Shown here: positions 10,653 through 20,024 of the stretch, one piece after another | Position numbering within the stretch: the stretch's first letter is position 1 | Layout of the letters: each line of letters starts with the position of its first letter | NCBI GenBank assembly: GCA_963843795.1 | Contig: CAWJLW010000010.1 | Span: forward strand, 186,001 to 250,000 | Direction: 5' to 3' | DNA: 64,000 bases | DNA from: an uncultured bacterium | GTDB lineage: Bacteria > Armatimonadota > Abditibacteriia > Abditibacteriales > Abditibacteriaceae | Translations under genes and position numbers: made by a program | Notes under the pieces: model-generated | Database searches by the model: none | What the model was told of the DNA's origin: nothing | What the model saw: only the letters and a program-made list of their open reading frames with translations

Positions 10653-11393
10653 TCATTTGGTTACAAAACCATACTTTTTGAACTGCGTTTTAGCGCGCGC
10701 GCTGCCCAGATAGCTGACGAAAGCGCGTGCCACGTTGATTTTGCGGCTATCGCTGACAACCGCTGCCGGATAGCGAATGGGCGCGTGCATCGAAAGCGGC
10801 GCGACCGAAACGATGCGCACGCGGGCCGAAATGAGGGCATCGGTGCGGTAAACCACACCCGCTTCGACGTTGCCCAGCGCGACCTGAGTCAGCACTTCGC
10901 GCACATCTTTTCCGCGCACCGCCTTGCGCTGTACCTGCGACCAAATTCCCAGCTTTGTGAAAACTTCCTGCGCGCGCAGCCCTGCGGGAACGCTTGGTGC
11001 GCCCATCGCGACATGAGTTACGGCATCCGACAGCACATCTTTGAAACGATGCAAGGGCAAACGATTGTTTTTGGGCACGATAAGAACCAGACGATTGCGC
11101 GCCACTTCGCGCCGCGTTTGCGGCAACACCAGCTTGCGCGCCGCCAATTCGTCCATATTTTTATCGGCAGCCGCGACGTAAACATCAATCGGCGCGCCCT
11201 GCTCGATTTGCCGCTGCAACGTGCCTGAAGACGCGAAATTGAATCGCACTTTCACCCCATGCTGCTGTTGATAATCCTTTGCAATCGCCGTCATGACATC
11301 GCCCAGACTTGCCGCTGCCGAAACGGTAAGTTCCAGAGCTCGCGCGTGCGCAACCCAGAGAAAAAAGCCAAAAAGCGTGAAAAGAAAACGCAT
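10653..11393 (-). CDS. modA: Molybdate ABC transporter substrate-binding protein
   Basis: TVSAAASL, NFASSGTLQRQIEQGAPIDV, GVVYRTDA; signal peptide from MRFLFTL. Confidence 0.93.
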   Translation of the reverse strand: MRFLFTLFGFFLWVAHARALELTVSAAASLGDVMTAIAKDYQQQHGVKVRFNFASSGTLQRQIEQGAPIDVYVAAADKNMDELAARKLVLPQTRREVARNRLVLIVPKNNRLPLHRFKDVLSDAVTHVAMGAPSVPAGLRAQEVFTKLGIWSQVQRKAVRGKDVREVLTQVALGNVEAGVVYRTDALISARVRIVSVAPLSMHAPIRYPAAVVSDSRKINVARAFVSYLGSARAKTQFKKYGFVTK

Positions 11394-11397
11394 ACTT

Positions 11398-12078
11398 TTA
11401 AGTGCGGCGGCGGCGCACATAGACATTGAGCGCGAGAATGAAAAGCAAATTAAAAATCGCCAGCGCAATCGAATACAAGCCGGCCAGCTTTAAATCACCA
11501 TTTTCGGCGGCCATGTAAATCGCGGTCGGCATCGTCGTAGTTTGTCCCGCGATGTTGCCCGCGACCATAATCGTCGCCCCGAACTCCCCTAAAGCCCGCG
11601 CGAACGAAAGTACGGCGCCCGCTACCAAACCCGGCCAAGAAAGTGGCAAAACAATGGTCCACAACACACGCAACGGTGAAGCGCCAAGAGCGCGCGCGGC
11701 CTCTTGCAATTGCGAATCGAGTGCGACAAAAGCGGCTTTGGCGCTTTGATACATCAGTGGGAAGGCCACGAAGCTCGATGCCAAAATCGCGGCATAGGGC
11801 GTAAAGATCAAACGAAAACCAAAAGTTTCTTGCAGCCAGCTTCCCAATGGACCTTGTTTTCCGGCCAAAACTAGCAGCGCGTAACCGGTGACAACGGGCG
11901 GCAAAACCAAGGGCAGCAAAAATACGGCTTCGAAAATTTCTTGGCCGCGAAACTGACGACGCGCCATGACCAGAGCGGCCCACGTGGCCGTCACGAAAAC
12001 CAGCGCCAAGGCGGCACTTGCGACCTTTAGCGACAGAAAAACCGGCTGCCAATCGAAATCTAAGCCGCTGAAATTCAC
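11398..12078 (-). CDS. modB: Molybdate ABC transporter permease
   Basis: LPLVLPPVVTGYALL, EAARALGA, FARALGEFGATIMVAGNI. Confidence 0.94.
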   Translation of the reverse strand: MNFSGLDFDWQPVFLSLKVASAALALVFVTATWAALVMARRQFRGQEIFEAVFLLPLVLPPVVTGYALLVLAGKQGPLGSWLQETFGFRLIFTPYAAILASSFVAFPLMYQSAKAAFVALDSQLQEAARALGASPLRVLWTIVLPLSWPGLVAGAVLSFARALGEFGATIMVAGNIAGQTTTMPTAIYMAAENGDLKLAGLYSIALAIFNLLFILALNVYVRRRRT

Positions 12079-13037
12079 AGCGTTTCAGTATGCTTGCTTT
12101 GCACCCGACTCTTGCGATCTTTGGGCGGCTTTTCGGGTAAAGCGACGTTTTGACACGACGGGCAGAAATAAATAATCCGCGTTTTATCTTCCTGGTCGCT
12201 GTCAATTTCGGCCACGCGCGTGGTCTGGCGCAACTGGCGAATCGTGCTCCCACAAATTAAACACGGCAAATTAGTGCGGCGAAAAACGTAGTGACGCGCG
12301 CCAAATTCGCGGCCCAGATTGTAAACCAGAGTGGCATCTTCGCGCATCCGCTGGCGTTGCTCGTCGGGCGCAGTCGCACCGCCGCTTTCATAAGCGTGAC
12401 GCACCACGCGCGGAATTGTCGTGCATAAGTTTTCCAGTTCAACCGGTTGCAAAGTTTCCGCGTGACGAAACGGGTCAATGCGGCACAGAAACAAAATTTC
12501 GGCGCGCAGATAATTGCCGATGCCCGCCAATACACCTTGGTCTAATAAAATTGCGCCGATTTCGCGGCTCGCATTTTCGGGTCGTTGTAAGCGCCGCACG
12601 AATTCAGCGCTATCGAAAGATTCGCCTGCGTAGGGCAAAGTTTCCGGGCCGAGTTCAATGATGCGCTGAAAACTGTGCGCGTCGCCGCGATGAATTTCAA
12701 AAACCGGTGCAGAAAATAAAATTGCGTGGTGCGTGCGCGTAGTGAGGCGCGCGCGTTCGCGGCGGTCGAAGGGTAAATCGCCCTCGTTGGGCACGATTTG
12801 CCAGCGGCCCCACATCATCAAATGGCTGTAGCAAAACACGCCGCTTTCGAATTCGATCAGCAGGTTTTTGCCGCGCGCCCACACGCGCGAAACGCGCGGG
12901 CCCAACAGCGCATCGGGAAATTCCAATAGCCACGCTTTGGCTTGTTTGGTGCGCGCCATCATCGCGCATAGCGGTTGATTAGATAAAGTTTCGTGGAGCA
13001 AATCGGCGTAGCGCCGTACTTCGGGGCCTTCGGGCAT
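12075..13037 (-). CDS. Fpg/Nei-family DNA glycosylase/AP lyase
   Basis: N-terminal MPEGPEV, RGKNL, HLMMWGRW, H2TH LLDQGVLAGIGNYLRAEILF, zinc finger CLIC...CPSCQ. Confidence 0.92.
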   Translation of the reverse strand: MPEGPEVRRYADLLHETLSNQPLCAMMARTKQAKAWLLEFPDALLGPRVSRVWARGKNLLIEFESGVFCYSHLMMWGRWQIVPNEGDLPFDRRERARLTTRTHHAILFSAPVFEIHRGDAHSFQRIIELGPETLPYAGESFDSAEFVRRLQRPENASREIGAILLDQGVLAGIGNYLRAEILFLCRIDPFRHAETLQPVELENLCTTIPRVVRHAYESGGATAPDEQRQRMREDATLVYNLGREFGARHYVFRRTNLPCLICGSTIRQLRQTTRVAEIDSDQEDKTRIIYFCPSCQNVALPEKPPKDRKSRVQSKHTETL

Positions 13038-13156
13038 AGGGCGCGGAACTGAAAGTTTGATGCCAAACATCTTGAGGGGCCGGCAAGTTACTCGCGGCAA
13101 GTACTTGCCGGCAATTTTCCAACGGGTTTTTCCCATCGCGGCTATACTCGCAGGCC

Positions 13157-14413
13157 ATGAAAACGCGAATTTTATTCCCGCGCCTTCTCGTTTGCGGCGC
13201 GATTCTTTACCTTAGCAACGCTTTTGCGCCGCGCGCGCACGCGGGCTGGTGGGAAAACTTTCGCGCACGCATGGGCATTTCGTCTTCGGTTTCGAGTGAC
13301 AAACGCGAATCGGCGCGTGCCGCGCGCGAGCGTGCCAGCCAGCTTAATGATCGCGCGCAAGCGGTGAAATCGAGTTTGGGCGGCGTGCAACGCACCCTGC
13401 TGCGCGCCAATCGCACTTATTTCGATCTCAGTCATCAGCTCAAGCGCACCGAAGCGCAAATCGTGCGCGAGCGCCACCGCAAACAAATTGTGACCGAGCG
13501 TTACAACCGCCGCCGCATTCTGTTCGGACGGCGCTTGGCCGCGATGCAGCGTTCGGGACAAGTCGGTTACTTGCAGGTGTTCTTGGGTTCCAGCACGCTC
13601 AGCGACTTGACGCGGCGCGTGTATCTGTTCCGCGCTTTGGTTGATCGCGATGCGCAATTGCAGGCCGATTTGAAAAGCGATAAGGCCGAACTGGAAGAAG
13701 TCAATAACAACCTGGCGCGCGAGTGGAACAAGCGTTATACGTTGCAGCGCGACGCGCAACGCGAACGCACGCGCGTCGCAAAGGCCGCACAGGAACAGAA
13801 CGCGGCGTTGAAAAAACTGGTCAATTCGCGCAATGCGCTGTTGGAATATTCCAGCAATCGCGAAAGCGAAATCAAGCAGATCGACATCGAAATCGCCGCT
13901 TATAACGCGCGTCAACGCGAAATGGCGCGTCAAGCCGCTATTGAAGAAGCGCAGCAAGAGCGCGAAGCCGAGGCGTACGCGCGCGCTCAGGCCGCCAGCC
14001 GTCGCACGCGCGTCGCGACTTATAGCACGCCACGCTCGTCGTATCGTTCGAGCAGTTCGACGCGGCGCAACACCAGCTATCGTTCGAGCAGATCAACACG
14101 AAATTCGAGTAGCTATCGTTCGCGACGCAGCACAGCAGCGAGTTCCAGTGCGCGCCGGCAGTATCGTAATGTTCAAGTCGCCAAACGTGTGAATCGCGTC
14201 GAATATGTACGCGTGCCTTCGCTGGGCGGCGTGTTGAAACCGATGTCGATTCCCGAAATCGTGTTCAAAAACGAGCGCGTGCCGGTCGCCAGCGGCAGCA
14301 CTGCAGGAACAGCGCGCAACGACAGCGCCCGCAGCGATGATGCGGGTAAAAGCGGCAAAAGTTCGGCGCCGCCACCACCCGCAGTGGACGATTTTCCGGC
14401 CAGCGATCCATAA
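13157..14413 (+). CDS. Exported coiled-coil protein (EnvC/PcsB-like stalk), no recognisable M23 domain
   Basis: Signal peptide ending AHA, long coiled coil with RLAAMQRSG.GYLQVFLGSSTLSDL, Ser/Arg-rich tail; lies upstream of ctpA. Confidence 0.7.
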   Translation: MKTRILFPRLLVCGAILYLSNAFAPRAHAGWWENFRARMGISSSVSSDKRESARAARERASQLNDRAQAVKSSLGGVQRTLLRANRTYFDLSHQLKRTEAQIVRERHRKQIVTERYNRRRILFGRRLAAMQRSGQVGYLQVFLGSSTLSDLTRRVYLFRALVDRDAQLQADLKSDKAELEEVNNNLAREWNKRYTLQRDAQRERTRVAKAAQEQNAALKKLVNSRNALLEYSSNRESEIKQIDIEIAAYNARQREMARQAAIEEAQQEREAEAYARAQAASRRTRVATYSTPRSSYRSSSSTRRNTSYRSSRSTRNSSSYRSRRSTAASSSARRQYRNVQVAKRVNRVEYVRVPSLGGVLKPMSIPEIVFKNERVPVASGSTAGTARNDSARSDDAGKSGKSSAPPPPAVDDFPASDP

Positions 14414-14575
14414 TTTCTGGGCGCTGCAAGTACTTGCAGCCCTCTTTCGCAGTTGAGCGGCAACCGCACCGCATCCCAAACCGTCAAAACCAGACGCACG
14501 CGCCTGATGTTGCAGGCAATGGGGAAAACAATGTGGAAAACACGCGTGTAGAAGGTATTATTTTGGAGTCTACCG

Positions 14576-16006
14576 ATGAATTCAAAGCAGAATAAGTTCA
14601 ATTCGATGCTGGCCACCGTCGTTGTGCTGCTGGCGTTCGGTGCCGGATACGCCGTGAACGGAGCGCGACAGGCCAATAGTTCGGGCTGGTCGCCGCCCTC
14701 TGATCCGGTCGCACGTTTGATTCGCACCGCCGATGGCAGCATGACGGCTGCGGTAACGGGCCAAACCCCCGACAAAACCCGCACTTTCAAGCCCGATCTC
14801 AAACCTTATGAAACGCTGGAAGAAGTGCGGCAAGCGATCAAGGAAAACTTCGTCAAAACCAAAGTCGATGACACCGAATTGACTTACGGCGCGGTGCGCG
14901 GAATGTTACGTTCTTTGGACGACCGCTTCACGCGATTCTTGACACCCAAAGAATATTCCGAATTTAACGAGCGCACCAGTGCGGAATTTGTCGGCATCGG
15001 CGCGCACATTTCGGTGAAAGACGATTACCGCGGTGGCCCGCAATCGAAGCCCTTCGGTGCCAGCCGCCCTTACATCGTGAAGCCGATTGCCGGTTCGCCC
15101 GCCGCGAAAGCTGGCATCAAGCAGGACGACGTGATTTTGGCGGTGAACGATAAAAGCACCGCCGATCTCAGCGATGAAGCCACCGTCGCCGCGATTCGCG
15201 GCGTGCGCGGCACCAAAGTCAAAATTAAAATCGAGCGTTTAGTTCCGAACAAAGACCCGAAAAACGTCGATCATTCGCGCCGTGATGGTTCGTCCGATGG
15301 CACTTTTGAAGTGCTGGATTTGGAAATTCCGCGCGATTTGATCGAGCTCAATCCGGTCGAATTGCAATGGTTGCCCAACAACGTGGCCTGGCTGCGTTTG
15401 GACGAATTCAACAAGAAAAGTGATGAAGAGATCGGAATCGCCCTCAAAGAAGTCGAGAAAGGCCACGAAGGCAAAGCTGCCAAAGGTTTGATTCTCGACA
15501 TGCGCAACAATCCCGGCGGTTTGTTGGATGTGGCGGTTGATGTTGGAAGCCGCTTTATTCCCAGTGGCCCCATCGTTTACACCCGCGAACGAACGGGCAG
15601 CGAGCAAGCCTTGAGCGCCGAACCCAAGCGTTTCATGAACTTGAAACTGCCGATTGTCGTGCTGATCAACCGATACTCGGCCAGCGCTGCGGAAATTATC
15701 ACCGGCGCGCTGAAAGATAAAGACGTAGCGACTGTAGTGGGCGAAACCACCTTTGGCAAAGCCAGCGTGCAAGTCGTAATCGAATTGAAAAACGGTGGCG
15801 CACTGATTATGACAACGGCGAAATATCTGACGCCCAGCAAAACCGATATTTCCGAAAAAGGCATCGCACCCGATATCGCTGTGCAAAGCAGCGACGAAGA
15901 CGATAAAAACGGGCGCGGCGCCCAATTGCAAAAAGCCATCGCCGTAATCGAAGGCAAAGCCGACCCGACCAAAACCAGTGCGACCGTTGCTAAATCGACT
16001 AATTAA
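14576..16006 (+). CDS. ctpA: Carboxyl-terminal processing protease (S41, PDZ)
   Basis: GSPAAKAGI PDZ, LDMRNNPGGLL, SASAAEI, TFGKASVQ. Confidence 0.93.
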   Translation: MNSKQNKFNSMLATVVVLLAFGAGYAVNGARQANSSGWSPPSDPVARLIRTADGSMTAAVTGQTPDKTRTFKPDLKPYETLEEVRQAIKENFVKTKVDDTELTYGAVRGMLRSLDDRFTRFLTPKEYSEFNERTSAEFVGIGAHISVKDDYRGGPQSKPFGASRPYIVKPIAGSPAAKAGIKQDDVILAVNDKSTADLSDEATVAAIRGVRGTKVKIKIERLVPNKDPKNVDHSRRDGSSDGTFEVLDLEIPRDLIELNPVELQWLPNNVAWLRLDEFNKKSDEEIGIALKEVEKGHEGKAAKGLILDMRNNPGGLLDVAVDVGSRFIPSGPIVYTRERTGSEQALSAEPKRFMNLKLPIVVLINRYSASAAEIITGALKDKDVATVVGETTFGKASVQVVIELKNGGALIMTTAKYLTPSKTDISEKGIAPDIAVQSSDEDDKNGRGAQLQKAIAVIEGKADPTKTSATVAKSTN

Positions 16007-16020
16007 AACGGTGCAAAGCG

Positions 16021-16066
16021 AAAACGGCGCTGCAAGTACTTGCGCAAGTACTTGCAGCGCCGTTTT
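16021..16066. terminator. Perfect 46-bp palindrome with two tandem GCAAGTACTTGC copies; probable terminator after ctpA
   Basis: aaaacggcgct-gcaagtacttgc-gcaagtacttgc-agcgccgtttt. Confidence 0.85.
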
Positions 16067-16228
16067 GTTAGAGAAATCTCCTGCAAGGTTCAGGTTTTAC
16101 ACTGGCGCGAAGGTTTTTGCATTGTTTTGAACTTTTGTAGATAGTTTGCCGTCTGCTGGGTTGTGAATCGCAGTGGCTTAGAATTTGCCATTGTAAAAAC
16201 AGCGAAACTTTCGCAACGGAGAAAAACT

Positions 16229-16588
16229 ATGAAAAACACAACTGCCAAGACCAATAGCATCCTTTCCACGCCGCGCGTGATTGCGCTGGCAACCATCGGC
16301 GCGATGAGCGTTTCAACGCTGGGTTTGGTCGGAACCGCCAATGCCAGTGTGAAAGGTCGCCGTAACACGACGCTTGCTGCGGGTGCGGTCACCGCTTACG
16401 GTTTGCTCAAAGGCAACAAGAAAGTCGCCATTGCCGGCGCTGTTGGCACCGCTTACGCTTACTCGCGTTACAGCAAGGCTAAAAAAGCCGACAAAAATAT
16501 CAATGGTCGCCGCATTCAGTGGTATAAAGATCGTTACGGACGCAACTGGCGCACGCATTACAACGCCGCTGGCCGCTCGGCTCGCTAA
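16229..16588 (+). CDS. Small exported basic Gly/Ala-rich protein
   Basis: GGAG RBS, signal peptide ending ANA, then SVKGRRNTTLAAGAVTAYGLL...AGAVGTAYAYSRY. Confidence 0.75.
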   Translation: MKNTTAKTNSILSTPRVIALATIGAMSVSTLGLVGTANASVKGRRNTTLAAGAVTAYGLLKGNKKVAIAGAVGTAYAYSRYSKAKKADKNINGRRIQWYKDRYGRNWRTHYNAAGRSAR

Positions 16589-16599
16589 ATTTCGAAATT

Positions 16600-16637
16600 C
16601 AAAAAAGCCCCTGCAAGTACTTGCAGGGGCTTTTTTG
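16600..16637. terminator. Bidirectional terminator centred on the palindrome, between convergent genes
   Basis: caaaaaagcccct-gcaagtacttgc-aggggcttttttg, a perfect 38-bp palindrome with T tracts on both strands. Confidence 0.9.
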
Positions 16638-16669
16638 TGGCTTTGGCAGTGAGTTTTCGGAGACAATCT

Positions 16670-18523
16670 CTAAAATTGCGAGCGAAATTCCAGGTTTAAA
16701 TCACGGCGCGCAGTTTCGTAAGTCAATCCATAAGCAAAGTTTTTATACGAGCGCAACAAGCCATACGTGGTATCGCGCACGCTATTGGCGTCCAAATCAT
16801 AGCGAAAATCCAAAGGCACGATATAGCGTGGTGTGACCTGCACATCAAAAGTTGTGCGCAGTTCGCGGGGAATCTCAACGCGATCAAAGCGAAACGGCGT
16901 TTGACCGCCCACGTTGTTAATGCGCAGCGAAAACAAGCCGCGCACGCGCGACGATAGGTTGCCCGCGTAACCGACTTCAAAACCCGTGTTGCTATATTGA
17001 CGGTCGCTGCCTGGTAGCGTCAGCGGTGAGGTGCCTCTCACACTGTTGTAGCGCGTCTGCGACAGAAACACATCGCCATAAAAACCATCGCTGTCTTGCA
17101 CGCGCGTAGTGAGCGCGACCACGCCCTGCGCGCGCGAACCGCGCACATTATAACCATTGACACCGAGCAGGCTTTCATTGTAACGTCCGGCGTTGAGCGA
17201 GGTATAAAAGCCCACTCCGCGCCGCTCGCCCACGCGCAGCAACGGTACGATGCCCGAATCGAACTGCACTTCGGGCGTTCGGTCGAGCGAAATGCGATTA
17301 GTCAATTGCGTGGTAACAATGTCCGAGTGACGCAAACGCAGGGCCGCAAAGCCCGCGGGCGATAAGTTTTCCAATGCGATACCACCGCGAAAACCACGTT
17401 TGACCGACAAACCAATATCGGTGTAAAACGTGGTGTCAATGGGCGCGCGCGCGCGCGGAGGCGCGTCTGCAGTTCCCGCGTTGGTCGAATTGTTGTCGGT
17501 TAAGGTTTCGGCGGCCACGCTACGACTGAGCGAGCGCACAGGAAATTCCAAGCGTGAAGTGAGAAGGAATCCATCGGCGGTATTGAAGCCGACGCGCGGA
17601 AAAACTCGGAATGGCGCATTGACGCGCGATGGCCCGATGTGGATAAGTTGCGGCACCAGCAGACTGGGAATCGGCAGAAGGCGCGTGCTTTTGTAATACA
17701 ATCCAGCGCCACGCGCCGAAACGCGTTGTCTACCGTTCTCGCGGCGCGTGATGTCGATAAGCCGTGCGCGCAGGGTGAAAGGCGGCGTGCCATAAATTTT
17801 GCGCTCTTCTTCGCTAAGGCCACCAGGCCGCAACACGACCTCGTTCGCGCTATAATTTTGCCCGTCGATGTTGATAGTTTTTGCGGTGAGGTCGAAACCC
17901 TGCGTGCGCAACGAAGCGTTATCGACACTGCCTTTTTTGCCAATCGCGTCGAAATTAAAATCTTCACCACGCACAATTTCGGTGAAATTTTCCTCGCGAC
18001 TCAAGCGCCCCACGCGCGAACGTCCGGCAACATCTGGCCCGATGAGAAAGCTACTATCGCGCGCCCGTTCGGGCGTATAAAGTTTGCGTTGGGCCACGAC
18101 TTGACGCGTAAGACTCACTTCACCCAGCGCCCGAATCGTGCGTTTAGCAAGGTCGATTTCGGCACGGCGCGCGCGCACCAGAGAACCGCCGCCTTCGATT
18201 TCCACAAAACCATCCGGCACAGCCTCCACAATCGCGCGCTGCCCGCCATAACTCACGCTACCCGCGCGCAACTCCAAACGCGCCGGTCGATTTGGTTTCT
18301 CCGTGGTCGTTGTCGAACTAGCGGATGTTGCCGAACCAATAGATGTTGCCGAACTGGAATTATCGGCTGTTATTTCGGTTGCGGCTTGGGGGGCTTGAGC
18401 TTGCTGGGCTTGAGCTTGGGTGGCAGTGGCATATGTGCACAGCGCAAAAAAGAGCGTGCCGGTGTAAACACCGTTAGCGACACGATGCGAGGGCGAAAAA
18501 AAATTTAAAGCGAACACGCGCAA
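16670..18523 (-). CDS. Exported protein with OstA/LptD-like features (putative outer-membrane beta-barrel)
   Basis: Signal peptide, beta-rich repeats, TPFRFDRVE..., DFRYDLD, C-terminal Phe. Confidence 0.6.
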   Translation of the reverse strand: MRVFALNFFSPSHRVANGVYTGTLFFALCTYATATQAQAQQAQAPQAATEITADNSSSATSIGSATSASSTTTTEKPNRPARLELRAGSVSYGGQRAIVEAVPDGFVEIEGGGSLVRARRAEIDLAKRTIRALGEVSLTRQVVAQRKLYTPERARDSSFLIGPDVAGRSRVGRLSREENFTEIVRGEDFNFDAIGKKGSVDNASLRTQGFDLTAKTINIDGQNYSANEVVLRPGGLSEEERKIYGTPPFTLRARLIDITRRENGRQRVSARGAGLYYKSTRLLPIPSLLVPQLIHIGPSRVNAPFRVFPRVGFNTADGFLLTSRLEFPVRSLSRSVAAETLTDNNSTNAGTADAPPRARAPIDTTFYTDIGLSVKRGFRGGIALENLSPAGFAALRLRHSDIVTTQLTNRISLDRTPEVQFDSGIVPLLRVGERRGVGFYTSLNAGRYNESLLGVNGYNVRGSRAQGVVALTTRVQDSDGFYGDVFLSQTRYNSVRGTSPLTLPGSDRQYSNTGFEVGYAGNLSSRVRGLFSLRINNVGGQTPFRFDRVEIPRELRTTFDVQVTPRYIVPLDFRYDLDANSVRDTTYGLLRSYKNFAYGLTYETARRDLNLEFRSQF

Positions 18524-18584
18524 AAATATAGCACAGGCGCCGCGAATTGGCGATGTGCCGGGTGCAAAAATCGTTCACACAAGT

Positions 18585-18636
18585 GCAAAAAGCGCGCAGC
18601 AAGTACTTGCACCCGTACTTGCTGCGCGCTTTTTGC
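18585..18636 (-). terminator. Palindrome-derived terminator hairpin
   Basis: gcaaaaagcgcgcagcaagtac-ttgcaccc-gtacttgctgcgcgctttttgc. Confidence 0.8.
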
Positions 18637-18653
18637 GAATTTCAAAGCAATGT

Positions 18654-19928
18654 TTAAAAGTTGATATTAATGCCGCCGGCAAACACGCGATTATTGGTCG
18701 CGTTCGCCGCGTCGCCGAACAATTGTTTGTAAAGCAGTTTTAATTTCAAGCGTTCGCCGCCCACAGCGACATTCAGCGCCGCCGTTGAAGACGCCAGACG
18801 ATCCGAATCTTCGGGCACCAGGCGCGAGAGATTCACCGAAAGCGCCAGACGATTTTGCCACGCCGACAAATCGACACCGCCCCCAAAGCGCGTTCCAGCT
18901 AAGCTTTGGGTCGCGCCAAAATCGCGCAACGCGACGCGCTCGACATCGCCGCTTAAACGCAAACCCGGACGCACTTCGATATCCAGACCGCCACCAATCG
19001 ACTGGCTTTGTGCGCCGCCGATCAGCGAAGGGGCGCGCGTGTTGCCCAACTGCGAACGAATGCCTAATGCTTCGGGCGTGGCGCTGCTTTCTTCCATGCC
19101 AGCGCGCAAACGCAGCCAATCGGTTATGTCCAATGTCGCTCCAGTCCCCACAGTTTCGCTCACCACATCCGAACTGACATTGGCCATGCCTCGATAACTG
19201 AATGGATCGCTGGCGGTGCGCTCGAGTGAACTTTGCGCCGCCGAAATGCGCAAGCGCTGCGATAGCGGCATCATGATTTCGCCGCCCGTCAAGCGCGTCT
19301 CGCGGCCCACAGCCAAAGCGCTGGCACTGGAACCATTATCGCTATTGCGATTATCGCTATTGCGATTATCGCTATTGCGATTCGTCAGACCGCTCGTTGT
19401 GTTGGGTCGCGCCAATGCATCGGCAGCTGCTGCGTTGCTCGCATTTCCACCAGAAGCTAAAAGGTTGGTGCGTTCGGGAGTTTTTTGATCGCTGAGGAGG
19501 GTTGTGCACAACGCCAGCGCGCTCTCGACATCGACATCCAAACGCTGCAATTCGGGGCGCAAAGCCAGCACCATTTCGCGCAGGGCGCGCACGCTTGAAG
19601 CCGGTTGCGCGCGCCAGTTCGCGTCGGCTTTGTAACGCGCATTAAGCGCCAGATAAGCGCGCGCGGCTTCCAAAGCCATTTCGTAGCGCGTGAGAGTATT
19701 GGGCGTGCGCGCCGCGCCGCGCCCGGGCGTCCACGACGCGCTTTGAATTTGCTTGAGTTGTCCGTATAAAGCATCTCCTGCGGGCACGGTGGAAAAATCG
19801 TCGGCACGCACCAAAGGCGTCGAAATTGACGTTGCCAGCCAGGACGTGCCCACGCAAGCCGTGATGACCAAAGTTTTGAAAAGCGAATTCACTGAAAAAG
19901 GCACCGAAATCCTCGTAAAGTATGCCAA
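18654..19928 (-). CDS. Exported protein with SLH-like N-terminus and beta-barrel-like C-terminus
   Basis: DFSTVPAGDALY...LTRYEMA (SLH-like), LRPELQRLDVD, amphipathic strands ending GININF. Confidence 0.6.
   Translation of the reverse strand: MAYFTRISVPFSVNSLFKTLVITACVGTSWLATSISTPLVRADDFSTVPAGDALYGQLKQIQSASWTPGRGAARTPNTLTRYEMALEAARAYLALNARYKADANWRAQPASSVRALREMVLALRPELQRLDVDVESALALCTTLLSDQKTPERTNLLASGGNASNAAAADALARPNTTSGLTNRNSDNRNSDNRNSDNGSSASALAVGRETRLTGGEIMMPLSQRLRISAAQSSLERTASDPFSYRGMANVSSDVVSETVGTGATLDITDWLRLRAGMEESSATPEALGIRSQLGNTRAPSLIGGAQSQSIGGGLDIEVRPGLRLSGDVERVALRDFGATQSLAGTRFGGGVDLSAWQNRLALSVNLSRLVPEDSDRLASSTAALNVAVGGERLKLKLLYKQLFGDAANATNNRVFAGGININF
19335..19382. repeat. In-frame 15-bp tandem repeat x3 (NRNSD)
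   Basis: attatcgctattgcg three times. Confidence 0.9.
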
Positions 19929-20024
19929 AAATATGCCACGCCTCTACAGGCGCACGGACAACATAATTTACTACAAACGCCAGCCCAAATGACAACTATT
20001 TTTGAAAAATAACAGCCAGAACCT

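Noticed and set aside
7188..12078. RND pump without MFP/TolC and modAB without modC
   Set aside because: Partner genes are often encoded elsewhere, so absence from the window is not informative.
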